A DNA stretch of 35,965 bases, taken from NCBI GenBank assembly GCA_019057635.1, contig DXJL01000164.1, forward strand, positions 1 to 35,965, read 5' to 3'. Under the pieces are notes generated by a model that saw only the letters and a list, made by a program, of their open reading frames with translations, ran no database searches and was not told the DNA's origin. This document shows positions 28,532-35,965 of this stretch, piece after piece. Numbering within the stretch: position 1 is the first letter of the stretch; each line of letters starts with the position of its first letter. The position numbers were made by a program, and so were the translations under genes. The stretch comes from Candidatus Heimdallarchaeota archaeon (lineage in GTDB: Archaea > Asgardarchaeota > Heimdallarchaeia > Hodarchaeales > Hodarchaeaceae).

Positions 28532-29293
28532 ATGTGGGAAACAAAAATTACGAAAGTCTCTCCAAATGAACTCCTATTTAGAGGATACCCCCTAGATGAA
28601 CTCATCGGTTCCATTTCTTACGCAGCAGGAATTTATCTAGCATTAAAAGGAGAATTACCGACTAAACACGAAGAAAGGGTTATTAATGCCATTTTAGTAG
28701 CAACTATGGATCATGGAGTAACCGCTCCAAGTGCAGTGGCTGCTAGAACAGTAGCCTCCTGTGGTGTTCCAATTACGACTGCTATGGGTGCTGGAATACT
28801 TGCGGTTGGTGATCATCATGGTGGAGCTGGTGAAGAATGTATTAAATTTTTAAAAAAAACATTTGATTTACAGGAAAAAGATCAATCGCTTTCAGAATTA
28901 GCTATATATGTTGTTACCCAAGCAAAAACGAAAAAACAACGAATACCTGGTTTTGGACATCGCTTTCACACAAACGACCCCCGTACAAAGAAGCTCCTCC
29001 AAGTTGCATCAGATGAGGGAATTAGCGGAAAGTTCGTGGAATTGGCTAAACTGATTGCATCGGAATTATCTACACAATCAAATCGACCGCTACCACTCAA
29101 TGTTGATGGAACAATCGGTGCATTACTCGCTGATATGGGATTCAAAGCTCAAACTGGTAAAGCGTTTTTTGCCATCGCACGTGTAACTGGGTTGACAGCT
29201 CATATCTTAGAGGAATTTTCTCAGCGTCCTGTTCGAACAATTATTCCTTCAGATGCGAAATATACTGGTGAGGAAAAAAGGCAGATACCTTGA
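28532..29293 (+). CDS. Citryl-CoA lyase (small citrate-synthase-like fold)
   Basis: 253 aa with W.TKIT...RGY, DHG, GDHHGGA, IPGFGHR...DPR and LNVDG. Too short for a full citrate synthase. Confidence 0.85.
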   Translation: MWETKITKVSPNELLFRGYPLDELIGSISYAAGIYLALKGELPTKHEERVINAILVATMDHGVTAPSAVAARTVASCGVPITTAMGAGILAVGDHHGGAGEECIKFLKKTFDLQEKDQSLSELAIYVVTQAKTKKQRIPGFGHRFHTNDPRTKKLLQVASDEGISGKFVELAKLIASELSTQSNRPLPLNVDGTIGALLADMGFKAQTGKAFFAIARVTGLTAHILEEFSQRPVRTIIPSDAKYTGEEKRQIP

Positions 29294-29298
29294 GAAGA

Positions 29299-30282
29299 TT
29301 ACAAAATTTGTCTTTTAACTTCATCTTGATCTTTCAAATGTTCTTGTTTCCAATATGGATCCCGAATGAACAGGTATGCTCCATGAGAAGCTAAAGCTCC
29401 TTGAGCAGCTGCTACAGCTGCTAATTGGTAAGGGGTGACAATATCACCAGCAGCAAAAATACCCTCAACATTAGTGCGCATCAGATCATCAACAGTAATG
29501 AATTTACCAGAGAAATTTAGACCCAGATTCTCGAAGATTTCCGTATTAGGTTTTAATCCCACAGCGAGAATTACACAGTCCACTTCTAGCTCAAACTTCT
29601 CATTAGTATCAACATTTTCTAGAACTACTCCTTCTACTCTTTGTTTCCCAGTAATTTCTAAGATATTGGTCTTGAACAGGATTTCTGCAAGCTTATCATC
29701 GGTAACTTTTGCTAAGTTCATTTCTGATGCTCGGAACGCATCCCGTCTGTGAGCAAGATAAACCTTGTCAGCAACATTGGCTAAATCAATAACGGCATCA
29801 ATAGCAGTATCTCCCCCACCCACTACAAGGACGCGCTTATCATAGAAGGCAGCAGGTTCAGTGACATAGGGGTAAACACCACGGTTTTTCTTTGAAAATT
29901 TAGCCTCGCCAGGAATACCTAGCTCGTTAGGTTTCATTCCTGTGGCAATAATAATGGATTTTGCTTGAAATTTCGACCCTTCAGCAGATTCAAGTGTTAA
30001 ATCTTTATAAATTTTAGTAATACGCTCCTTTACTAGATGTACACCATGATCAGCTGCTTGTCTAACCCATTCCGAGACCAAATGATCTGCCCGAATACTC
30101 GGGGTTCCTGGATAATTATAAATCTTCTTTTGAGGATAAATTGTGGATAAAAGACCACCCCATGTGCCACCTTCAAATACAGCAGCACGTAATCCTTTAC
30201 CAGAAGCGACAATTCCGGCTGATAACCCCGCAGGTCCTCCACCTACAATAATTACATCAAAATGCATTACTCGTTCCGACAT
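29299..30282 (-). CDS. TrxR-fold FAD oxidoreductase lacking CxxC (ferredoxin-NADP+ reductase type 2-like)
   Basis: GGGPAG, GGLL...YPQKKIYNYPG, IATG, GGGDTAID, HRRDAFRA and GIFAAGD. GVYPYV stands where TrxR has CxxC. Confidence 0.85.
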   Translation of the reverse strand: MSERVMHFDVIIVGGGPAGLSAGIVASGKGLRAAVFEGGTWGGLLSTIYPQKKIYNYPGTPSIRADHLVSEWVRQAADHGVHLVKERITKIYKDLTLESAEGSKFQAKSIIIATGMKPNELGIPGEAKFSKKNRGVYPYVTEPAAFYDKRVLVVGGGDTAIDAVIDLANVADKVYLAHRRDAFRASEMNLAKVTDDKLAEILFKTNILEITGKQRVEGVVLENVDTNEKFELEVDCVILAVGLKPNTEIFENLGLNFSGKFITVDDLMRTNVEGIFAAGDIVTPYQLAAVAAAQGALASHGAYLFIRDPYWKQEHLKDQDEVKRQIL

Positions 30283-30490
30283 TCATGAAATCCCCATATA
30301 AGAATGATCTATCTTTCCTTTTTTTCGATGTTATAAATTATTAGTGTTCTGTTTGTAGTAAAAAATCATTATTGCATCTTATGGACAGAAGTCTCAAGGA
30401 ATTTTCCCTCTAATTAGACCTTGGTAGGGGTAAATGTGGAAAAAAATGAAGAAAGTATTCTCCTTAGCATCAGATAACAAAATAAACAAC

Positions 30491-32353
30491 TTATTTTTCT
30501 AGTATTTGCTTCATAAAATCAGTGATACGCGCAATCATGGCAGCTGGATCTTTTAAATTCCCTTCTGCTAATTCTTGACTTTCAAGTAACTGAAAACTAC
30601 ACTCTTTGAGCAATGAAGATTCAGGTTTTTTTTCAAATAACTGTTTTAACCCGACGACTATTGGATGCGTCGTGTTCAATTCCATTATCTTCGCCTGAGG
30701 AACATAATCCTCGGTCATATACCGCAACATCCGTGTATAAGCAGCGGCACCTTGTCCAAGTAACCGACAAGGACTATCAGTCAATGAATCCGTAAATCGA
30801 ACATCAATAACCCGATCACCCAAAATTTCTTTCATACCCACGAGGAAGGGATCCTTTTCCTCCTCTTCCTTTTCCTTTTCATCATCTTCTTCTTTCTCAT
30901 CTGTTGAGTCGGCAGAAGGCTCGGGTTCAGCCTGATCAATTGCTTTAAACGCCTTTTCACTGAAAGTAGTCACATGCATCATTAGAAAAGTATCAATAGG
31001 TTCATCGAAGAGGATGATTTCTTGATCAAGTTGTTTAAAATGCTCTAGATGGGGACTTTGTTTGAGAGTTTGGAGATTTTCCCCTAAAAGGTATAAAATG
31101 TCCTCCTGTTCTTCTGGCATACCTTCAACGTATTTAGTAAGGGTAATAGGTTTCTCCTCAGATTTTGAGGTCTTAACTCTTATTAGTCCAAGCAGTTTTT
31201 CCCTTCGTTTCTGATCATTAGCAATCCCTTCTTTGATGAATACTGAAAATTGGTCATACCATACCAGATATTTATCCTCATCTTCCTCTGCTATCTTTCC
31301 TAGCTCACCAATGATCTTTTTGGTTATTGCTTTCGAGATTCGACGGATGGTTCGATCAACCTGGATAACCTCACGACTGACATTTAATGGAAGATCTTCG
31401 GAATCAACAACACCAAAAGCGAATCGGAGATATTCAGGAAGTAGATCTTTCGCTTTTTCTTGAATGAGGATTTTCTTACTATATAATTTCAAGCCGTAAT
31501 CTTGGAATTGGACAGAGGTCATTGAACGATCTCGTCTACTGGGGATGAAAAGTAAGGCGTTAAACTGGATCGGCGCATCAACACTCATTCGTATCCTATG
31601 AAAAGGTTCTGTGAAATCCATACTTACTTGCCTGTAAAATTCATTATATTCCTCATCCTTAACCTCATCCTCTGACTGATGCCAAATTGGGGTTTGTCTA
31701 TTGACAATCTCTTCTTCTTCTCCAATGCGAATAGGAAAACCAACAAAATCACTATATTTCTTAATGAGTGTTTCCAATTTGTATTTATTCAGAAATTCTT
31801 TTGCGTCTTCCTTCAATGTAAGAATAACCTCTGTTCCACGAGAGGGTTTATCAAAGTAAGCAACAGAAAATTTACCAGTGCCTTCAGATCGCCATTCTAT
31901 CCCTTTCGAATCGGTCACAAATGATCGTGATCGTACAGTTACGTCAGTCGCCACAATAAAGCTAGAGTAAAAACCCACACCAAACTGTCCAATTAAATTA
32001 GCTACATCTGAAGAATCATCGAGTTCTTTGAGAAACTCAAGGGTTCCACTTTGAGCAATAGTCCCAAGGTTCCGAACTGATTCATCATAAGTCATACCAA
32101 CACCCGAATCTGTAATTGTGATTGTATTCTCCTCTTCATCAAAGGATACATTGATGGCTAATTCTACATCGGGATCTAGAATACCTTCTTTTTGTTCAAG
32201 CTGCACAATGTGAAAACGATGCAATGCATCTACAGCATTCGAAATTAATTCACGTAAAAAGATCTCTCGGTTCTTGTAAAGACGATTGATCAAAATATCA
32301 AGAACTTTTTGAATTTCTGCCTGAAAATCGTATGTTTTGCTCTCTTCACTCAT
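30491..32353 (-). CDS. htpG: Molecular chaperone HtpG (Hsp90)
   Basis: FQAE, LYKNREIFLRELISNA.DA, DSGVGM, NLGTIA.SGT, IGQFGVGFYS, GVVDSEDLPLNVSRE. No C-terminal MEEVD. Confidence 0.97.
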   Translation of the reverse strand: MSEESKTYDFQAEIQKVLDILINRLYKNREIFLRELISNAVDALHRFHIVQLEQKEGILDPDVELAINVSFDEEENTITITDSGVGMTYDESVRNLGTIAQSGTLEFLKELDDSSDVANLIGQFGVGFYSSFIVATDVTVRSRSFVTDSKGIEWRSEGTGKFSVAYFDKPSRGTEVILTLKEDAKEFLNKYKLETLIKKYSDFVGFPIRIGEEEEIVNRQTPIWHQSEDEVKDEEYNEFYRQVSMDFTEPFHRIRMSVDAPIQFNALLFIPSRRDRSMTSVQFQDYGLKLYSKKILIQEKAKDLLPEYLRFAFGVVDSEDLPLNVSREVIQVDRTIRRISKAITKKIIGELGKIAEEDEDKYLVWYDQFSVFIKEGIANDQKRREKLLGLIRVKTSKSEEKPITLTKYVEGMPEEQEDILYLLGENLQTLKQSPHLEHFKQLDQEIILFDEPIDTFLMMHVTTFSEKAFKAIDQAEPEPSADSTDEKEEDDEKEKEEEEKDPFLVGMKEILGDRVIDVRFTDSLTDSPCRLLGQGAAAYTRMLRYMTEDYVPQAKIMELNTTHPIVVGLKQLFEKKPESSLLKECSFQLLESQELAEGNLKDPAAMIARITDFMKQILEK

Positions 32354-32543
32354 TTAGACACACTATCCTTTGAAAATAGTCCCTTAATGCGGGTTTTAAG
32401 GGTGTAGAACATATATCAGATTGAAAATTAATGCTTTATGGATTCTTCAAAGAATAATACAACTTAAAAGGAGTTGTTTTTGGTTTTTGTTTGTTTACAT
32501 CCGTTAGCCTGCGATCAAAAATAACAATAAGAGTTGAACAAAT

Positions 32544-32675
32544 ATGAAATGGGAATGCATGATATGCGGTTATGTCTATGATGAAGACGCAGAGGGAGTT
32601 AAATTTGAAGACCTCCCTGATGACTGGGTATGTCCAGAGTGTGGCGCTCCTAAAGAAGATTTTGAACAAATCTAA
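32544..32675 (+). CDS. Rubredoxin (43 aa; absent from the ORF track)
   Basis: [43 protein letters not shown] contains two CxxCG knuckles. Confidence 0.97.
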   Translation: MKWECMICGYVYDEDAEGVKFEDLPDDWVCPECGAPKEDFEQI

Positions 32676-32685
32676 TCGTCACCCA

Positions 32686-32698
32686 TTTTCTTTTTTTT
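32686..32698 (+). terminator. Possible archaeal oligo-T terminator after rubredoxin
   Basis: TTTTCTTTTTTTT run 10 nt after the rubredoxin stop codon. Confidence 0.35.
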
Positions 32699-32724
32699 CT
32701 CCTCCGCCTTGTGAGGTGTATTCT

Positions 32725-33930
32725 ATGGTATGTATTGAAATCACTCCTAATATTTATTGGAATGGATTAAATGATCGAACGAGTGATCTTTTCGAGGGGA
32801 TATGGCCGATCACCAAAGAAGGTGTCTCCTATAACTCCTATATCATCGCTGACGAAAAGGTTGCATTGATTGACTTAGTTAAAGGGATTAAAACAGATGA
32901 TTTTCTAAGTCAGATTGAAGAGGTTGTGGATCCTGCAACCGTAAATTATGTGATTATTAATCACATGGAGCCCGATCATACGGGTATGATTAAGACGATG
33001 CAAAAAATAGCTCCACAGGTAACATTTGTGGGCTCAGAACGAACTAAGCAGATGTTGGAGAAATTCTATCATCTAAACACAAATTTTAAGGTTGTAAAAA
33101 CAGGAGATACAATTGAACTTGGAACGCATATTCTAGAATTTTATGATATACCGTTTGTCCATTGGCCAGAGACCATTGCCACCTATGAACGAACTAGTAA
33201 AATTCTCTTCCCGTGTGATGCATTTGGAGGGTATGGCGCATTAGGCGGATCAATATTTGCAGATGAGTATGAGGACTTAGACTTCTATAAGGAGGAAGCA
33301 TTACGGTACTATTCCAATATCATCGCAAAATTTAGTCGTTTCACTCTGAAGGCAATTAATTTGCTGAAAGGATTGGACATCAGAATCATTGCCCCTTCAC
33401 ACGGCCTTATCTGGCGAAATCCCAAAGAAATTATAGATCTTTATGAGCGATGGGCACGTTATGGAACTGAACCTGAATCTGCAGAAGAAGGCGTAACCTT
33501 CCTTTACGCGTCAATGTATGGGAATACGGAAAAACTTATGGGATCTGTAGCTCAAGGGTTATCTCAAGAAGGAATCCCCGTAAAAATTTTCGACGTAGCC
33601 CGAACACATGTCAGCTATATACTACCATACCTGTGGAAGTATCGAGGAGTTGTCATTGGTACACCAACGTATGAAGCAAAGTTGTTTCCGCCAATGGCTT
33701 ATGTTTTGGACATTGCAACATCAAAACGTGTAATAAATAAGGAAGTCATCCGCTTCGGTAGTTACGGCTGGTCAGGTGGAGCTCAACGTGACCTTGAACC
33801 GCGGTTGGATAAGCTAAAATGGAATCTCCTCGAATTTTTCGAATGGCAAGGAGGTCCAACGCTAGAAGATTTCCAAAAAGGGGAAGATTTAGGTAAGCGG
33901 TTTGCCCAACATTTGAAAAATTTCAATTAG
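32725..33930 (+). CDS. fprA: FprA-family flavodiiron protein (O2/NO reductase)
   Basis: GVSYNSY, NHMEPDH, HWPE, DAFG, IAPSHG, and flavodoxin domain YASMYGNT / FGSYGWSGG. True start is ATG 32725 after a GAGGTG RBS; the 32572 start overlaps the rubredoxin. Confidence 0.95.
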   Translation: MVCIEITPNIYWNGLNDRTSDLFEGIWPITKEGVSYNSYIIADEKVALIDLVKGIKTDDFLSQIEEVVDPATVNYVIINHMEPDHTGMIKTMQKIAPQVTFVGSERTKQMLEKFYHLNTNFKVVKTGDTIELGTHILEFYDIPFVHWPETIATYERTSKILFPCDAFGGYGALGGSIFADEYEDLDFYKEEALRYYSNIIAKFSRFTLKAINLLKGLDIRIIAPSHGLIWRNPKEIIDLYERWARYGTEPESAEEGVTFLYASMYGNTEKLMGSVAQGLSQEGIPVKIFDVARTHVSYILPYLWKYRGVVIGTPTYEAKLFPPMAYVLDIATSKRVINKEVIRFGSYGWSGGAQRDLEPRLDKLKWNLLEFFEWQGGPTLEDFQKGEDLGKRFAQHLKNFN

Positions 33931-34041
33931 AAAGGGATGATTCGAACACAGAATCTTTCGTTAAATTCAGAAAAAGATTCTTACTTACCCTGTTTATCGT
34001 CTAGTTTATCTGAATATTAATTGTAAGAGTAGTGAATTAAA

Positions 34042-35019
34042 GTGAAATATCGTCAAATGGGCCGCACTGGGTTAAAAATAAGTGAAATTAGTCTAGGTGC
34101 CTGGTTAACCTACGGAGGAACTGTAGAAGAACTGGGTGCCCAAGCATGTATTACTAAAGCTGTTGAGCTCGGCATAAACTTCATAGATATCGCTGATGTT
34201 TATGCTCGTGGGAAAGCGGAAGAAGTTGTGGGAAAAGTCATTACCAAGGGGAATTACGATCGGAAAGATCTAGTTGTAAGTAGTAAAGTGTTCTGGCCAA
34301 TGTCAGATGGAATCAATGACCGGGGACTCTCGCGAAAGCATATTATGGAAAGTATTGATCGCTCACTAGATCGAATAGGGACAGATTATCTTGATATCTA
34401 TTTTGCACATCGGTTTGATTATCACACGAAGCTCGAAGAGACACTACGTGCCATGTCTGATCTGGTAGATCAAGGTTTGGTTCATTATTGGGGTACATCT
34501 GTCTGGCCAGCAGTCCAACTAGAACGTGCAGTTTGGATGGCTAAAGATCTCGGATTACATCCTCCCGTTGTTGAACAACCGCGTTACAACATGTTAGACC
34601 GATTTATTGAACGAGATGTCATGGACACCTGTGATCGGAATGGGATTGGGATAGTCTGCTGGTCACCTTTAGCCCAAGGGGTGTTAACTGGAAAATATAA
34701 TGATCGAGTGCCTGAAAATAGTCGAGCTACAACTAGTAACTTCATTCAGCGTGATTTAACGGAAGAAAATTTATCCAAAGTCCGTCAGTTGAAAGATATA
34801 GCCACAAGCAAGGAAATCACTGTCGGTCAGCTTGCCCTTGCGTGGATTCTTCGTAGAAGTGAAATATCGTGTGCTATCACTGGAGCCACTTCTGAAGCCC
34901 ATGTTCTTTCTAATGTTGCTGCTTCTGACATAACTCTAGATAACCAGGCTCTTGAAGAAATAGAAGGCATACTGAACAATAAACCAAAACAACATCCAGT
35001 CTATCTCCCACCATGGTAA
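34042..35019 (+). CDS. Aldo/keto reductase (Kv-beta/Tas-like subfamily)
   Basis: YRQMGRTGLKISEISLG, IDIADVY, SSK, GLSRKHI, YFAHRFD, WSPLAQGVLTGKY. GTG start. Confidence 0.93.
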   Translation: MKYRQMGRTGLKISEISLGAWLTYGGTVEELGAQACITKAVELGINFIDIADVYARGKAEEVVGKVITKGNYDRKDLVVSSKVFWPMSDGINDRGLSRKHIMESIDRSLDRIGTDYLDIYFAHRFDYHTKLEETLRAMSDLVDQGLVHYWGTSVWPAVQLERAVWMAKDLGLHPPVVEQPRYNMLDRFIERDVMDTCDRNGIGIVCWSPLAQGVLTGKYNDRVPENSRATTSNFIQRDLTEENLSKVRQLKDIATSKEITVGQLALAWILRRSEISCAITGATSEAHVLSNVAASDITLDNQALEEIEGILNNKPKQHPVYLPPW

Positions 35020-35166
35020 AAAAAATGAAATATAGGACAATTTTTGCAATTTTTGGGTGAATTAGGGTGAGAAAAATATTTTTTTTACGTTGGACTAGAG
35101 GGGGTAATTATTGGGGGAGAATCTCTTCCAGTAACTGCATAAATTGTGATTTGAGATTGGGAACTG

Positions 35167-35334
35167 TTAAGCGGCAGACGAATTAACTTTCTCTGTGGAT
35201 TTAACTGTTGGTCTGAGATTTTGGGTATATAGTACACCATTATAATTCAGGTATTCTAAGGTGAGTCGAAGGCGAGTCTCTTGATGGATTAAAGCTAGCC
35301 GCTCGTCGGAGTTCAGCTTTGTTGTTGGAGTCAT
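35167..35334 (-). CDS. Microprotein A (55 aa), paralog of microprotein B
   Basis: MTPTTKLNSDERLALIHQETRLRLTLEYLNYNGVLYTQNLRPTVKSTEKVNSSAA*. GAGG just upstream, and shares a core motif with 35549..35704. Confidence 0.75.
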   Translation of the reverse strand: MTPTTKLNSDERLALIHQETRLRLTLEYLNYNGVLYTQNLRPTVKSTEKVNSSAA

Positions 35335-35434
35335 TTAGTTCCTCGAGTTATTAACACTCTCAAACTAATTTTTATATTCCCATAACATTTCCAGAACATA
35401 ACTAGTTCTGGGATCTCTCCTTCAAAGTCTCTAT

Positions 35435-35460
35435 TAAAAAAAAGAGAAAAGGGAAAAATT
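35435..35460 (-). terminator. Possible oligo-T terminator downstream of microprotein B
   Basis: Minus strand reads AATTTTTCCCTTTTCTCTTTTTTTTA, about 90 nt after the microprotein B stop. Confidence 0.4.
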
Positions 35461-35548
35461 GGCCGTCGCTAGTCTTCTTGACCCGACTCAAATTATCAAA
35501 AGGTGTTATTTCAGATTTGTGATGTTAATATGAAGATAAATTGCGATT

Positions 35549-35704
35549 TCAATATGCAGATGAACCAATAATCTTCAGTGAACCTTTCTGATCCTCCGTA
35601 CTCGGTTCAGCACGAAGGTTCGTGAATACGGGTCCAGTATAATTTAGATACTCGATAGTTGACTGTAGTCGTTCTTGTGAAGGTCGTAGTAAGGGACGTG
35701 CCAT
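35549..35704 (-). CDS. Microprotein B (51 aa), paralog of microprotein A
   Basis: MARPLLRPSQERLQSTIEYLNYTGPVFTNLRAEPSTEDQKGSLKIIGSSAY*. A TATA-like TTTTAATA lies about 25-30 nt upstream. Confidence 0.75.
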   Translation of the reverse strand: MARPLLRPSQERLQSTIEYLNYTGPVFTNLRAEPSTEDQKGSLKIIGSSAY

Positions 35705-35856
35705 ATTAGAAATGTTGTTCTAGAGATATTAAAAGTAGTAGTACTCTCCACGTAATACGTTCTCATATTAGGAAGAATAACTTGCATTGGCTAGGAGAAA
35801 AGCTTAGCAAAAACCCACAAAACCTCTTTTCTTGCTAAAAACCAGGTGTTATACCA

Positions 35857-35965
35857 ATGGAAATAGAGAAGAGGATGATACTTCGGGCGAAATTGGTGGA
35901 ATTTCTTCAATTCTTCGTAAATAAAGAGGCCCTTGGTATTTTAGATAGGCGAGAACTTCATTTAG
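35857..35965 (+). CDS. 5' end of a CDS running off the right edge (unknown product)
   Basis: ATG 35857 follows an AGGTG RBS (35844-35848); open to the end: MEIEKRMILRAKLVEFLQFFVNKEALGILDRRELHL... Confidence 0.55.
   Translation, partial: MEIEKRMILRAKLVEFLQFFVNKEALGILDRRELHL

Noticed and set aside
28532-29293. Call as citrate synthase gltA
   Set aside because: At 253 aa it is far shorter than citrate synthases, and its N-terminus fits the citryl-CoA lyase type.
29299-30282. Call as thioredoxin reductase trxB
   Set aside because: It lacks the redox-active CxxC.
1190-31924. Many short antisense or alternate-frame ORFs in the track (e.g. 1190..1432, 1981..2229, 4422..4868, 8640..8993, 19886..20182, 29435..29752, 31679..31924)
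   Set aside because: They lie within or opposite well-supported genes and carry no motifs; they are shadow ORFs.
32572-32724. 51-aa N-terminal extension of FprA, and antisense ORF 32436..32669
   Set aside because: Both overlap the clear rubredoxin gene in another frame; FprA has an RBS-supported start at 32725.
35020-35856. Terminal gap as a CRISPR array or RNA gene
   Set aside because: No regularly spaced direct repeats and no tRNA/rRNA-like structure; the gap is better explained by the two microprotein genes. The short GGGTGA duplication near 35055-35070 is too small to interpret.

Overview
AT-rich, gene-dense archaeal chromosomal window. The lineage is inferred to be Asgard (Heimdallarchaeia-like) from the geranylgeranyl reductase, archaeal PGI/PMI, a Rab-like small-GTPase relic, two longin/roadblock-like domain proteins and a V4R protein. 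About 35 coding regions, mostly housekeeping, redox or metabolic: DUF362, SagB-type nitroreductase, Trx-VKOR, Mrp/ApbC, HypD, GNAT, PGI/PMI, GGR, GT-C glycosyltransferase, rhomboid, CitF, DRG GTPase, citryl-CoA lyase, FNR/TrxR-like, HtpG, rubredoxin, FprA and an aldo-keto reductase. No rRNA, tRNA, CRISPR array or transposase was recognised. Highlights missed by the ORF track: (1) two tandem paralogous microprotein genes (55 and 51 aa) in the apparently empty 35.0-35.85 kb region, sharing an RLxxTxEYLNYxG...T-NLR core encoded largely by synonymous codon differences, plus shared 5' and 3' non-coding motifs; (2) a 43-aa rubredoxin; (3) a P-loop-less Rab relic; (4) a frameshifted GH13 relic. Other notable items: CitF near a citryl-CoA lyase without citD/citE, a wHTH + P-loop ATPase pair, a 7TM-longin fusion and a thioredoxin-tandem V4R fusion. 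All family calls come from motif recognition by eye; no searches were run.
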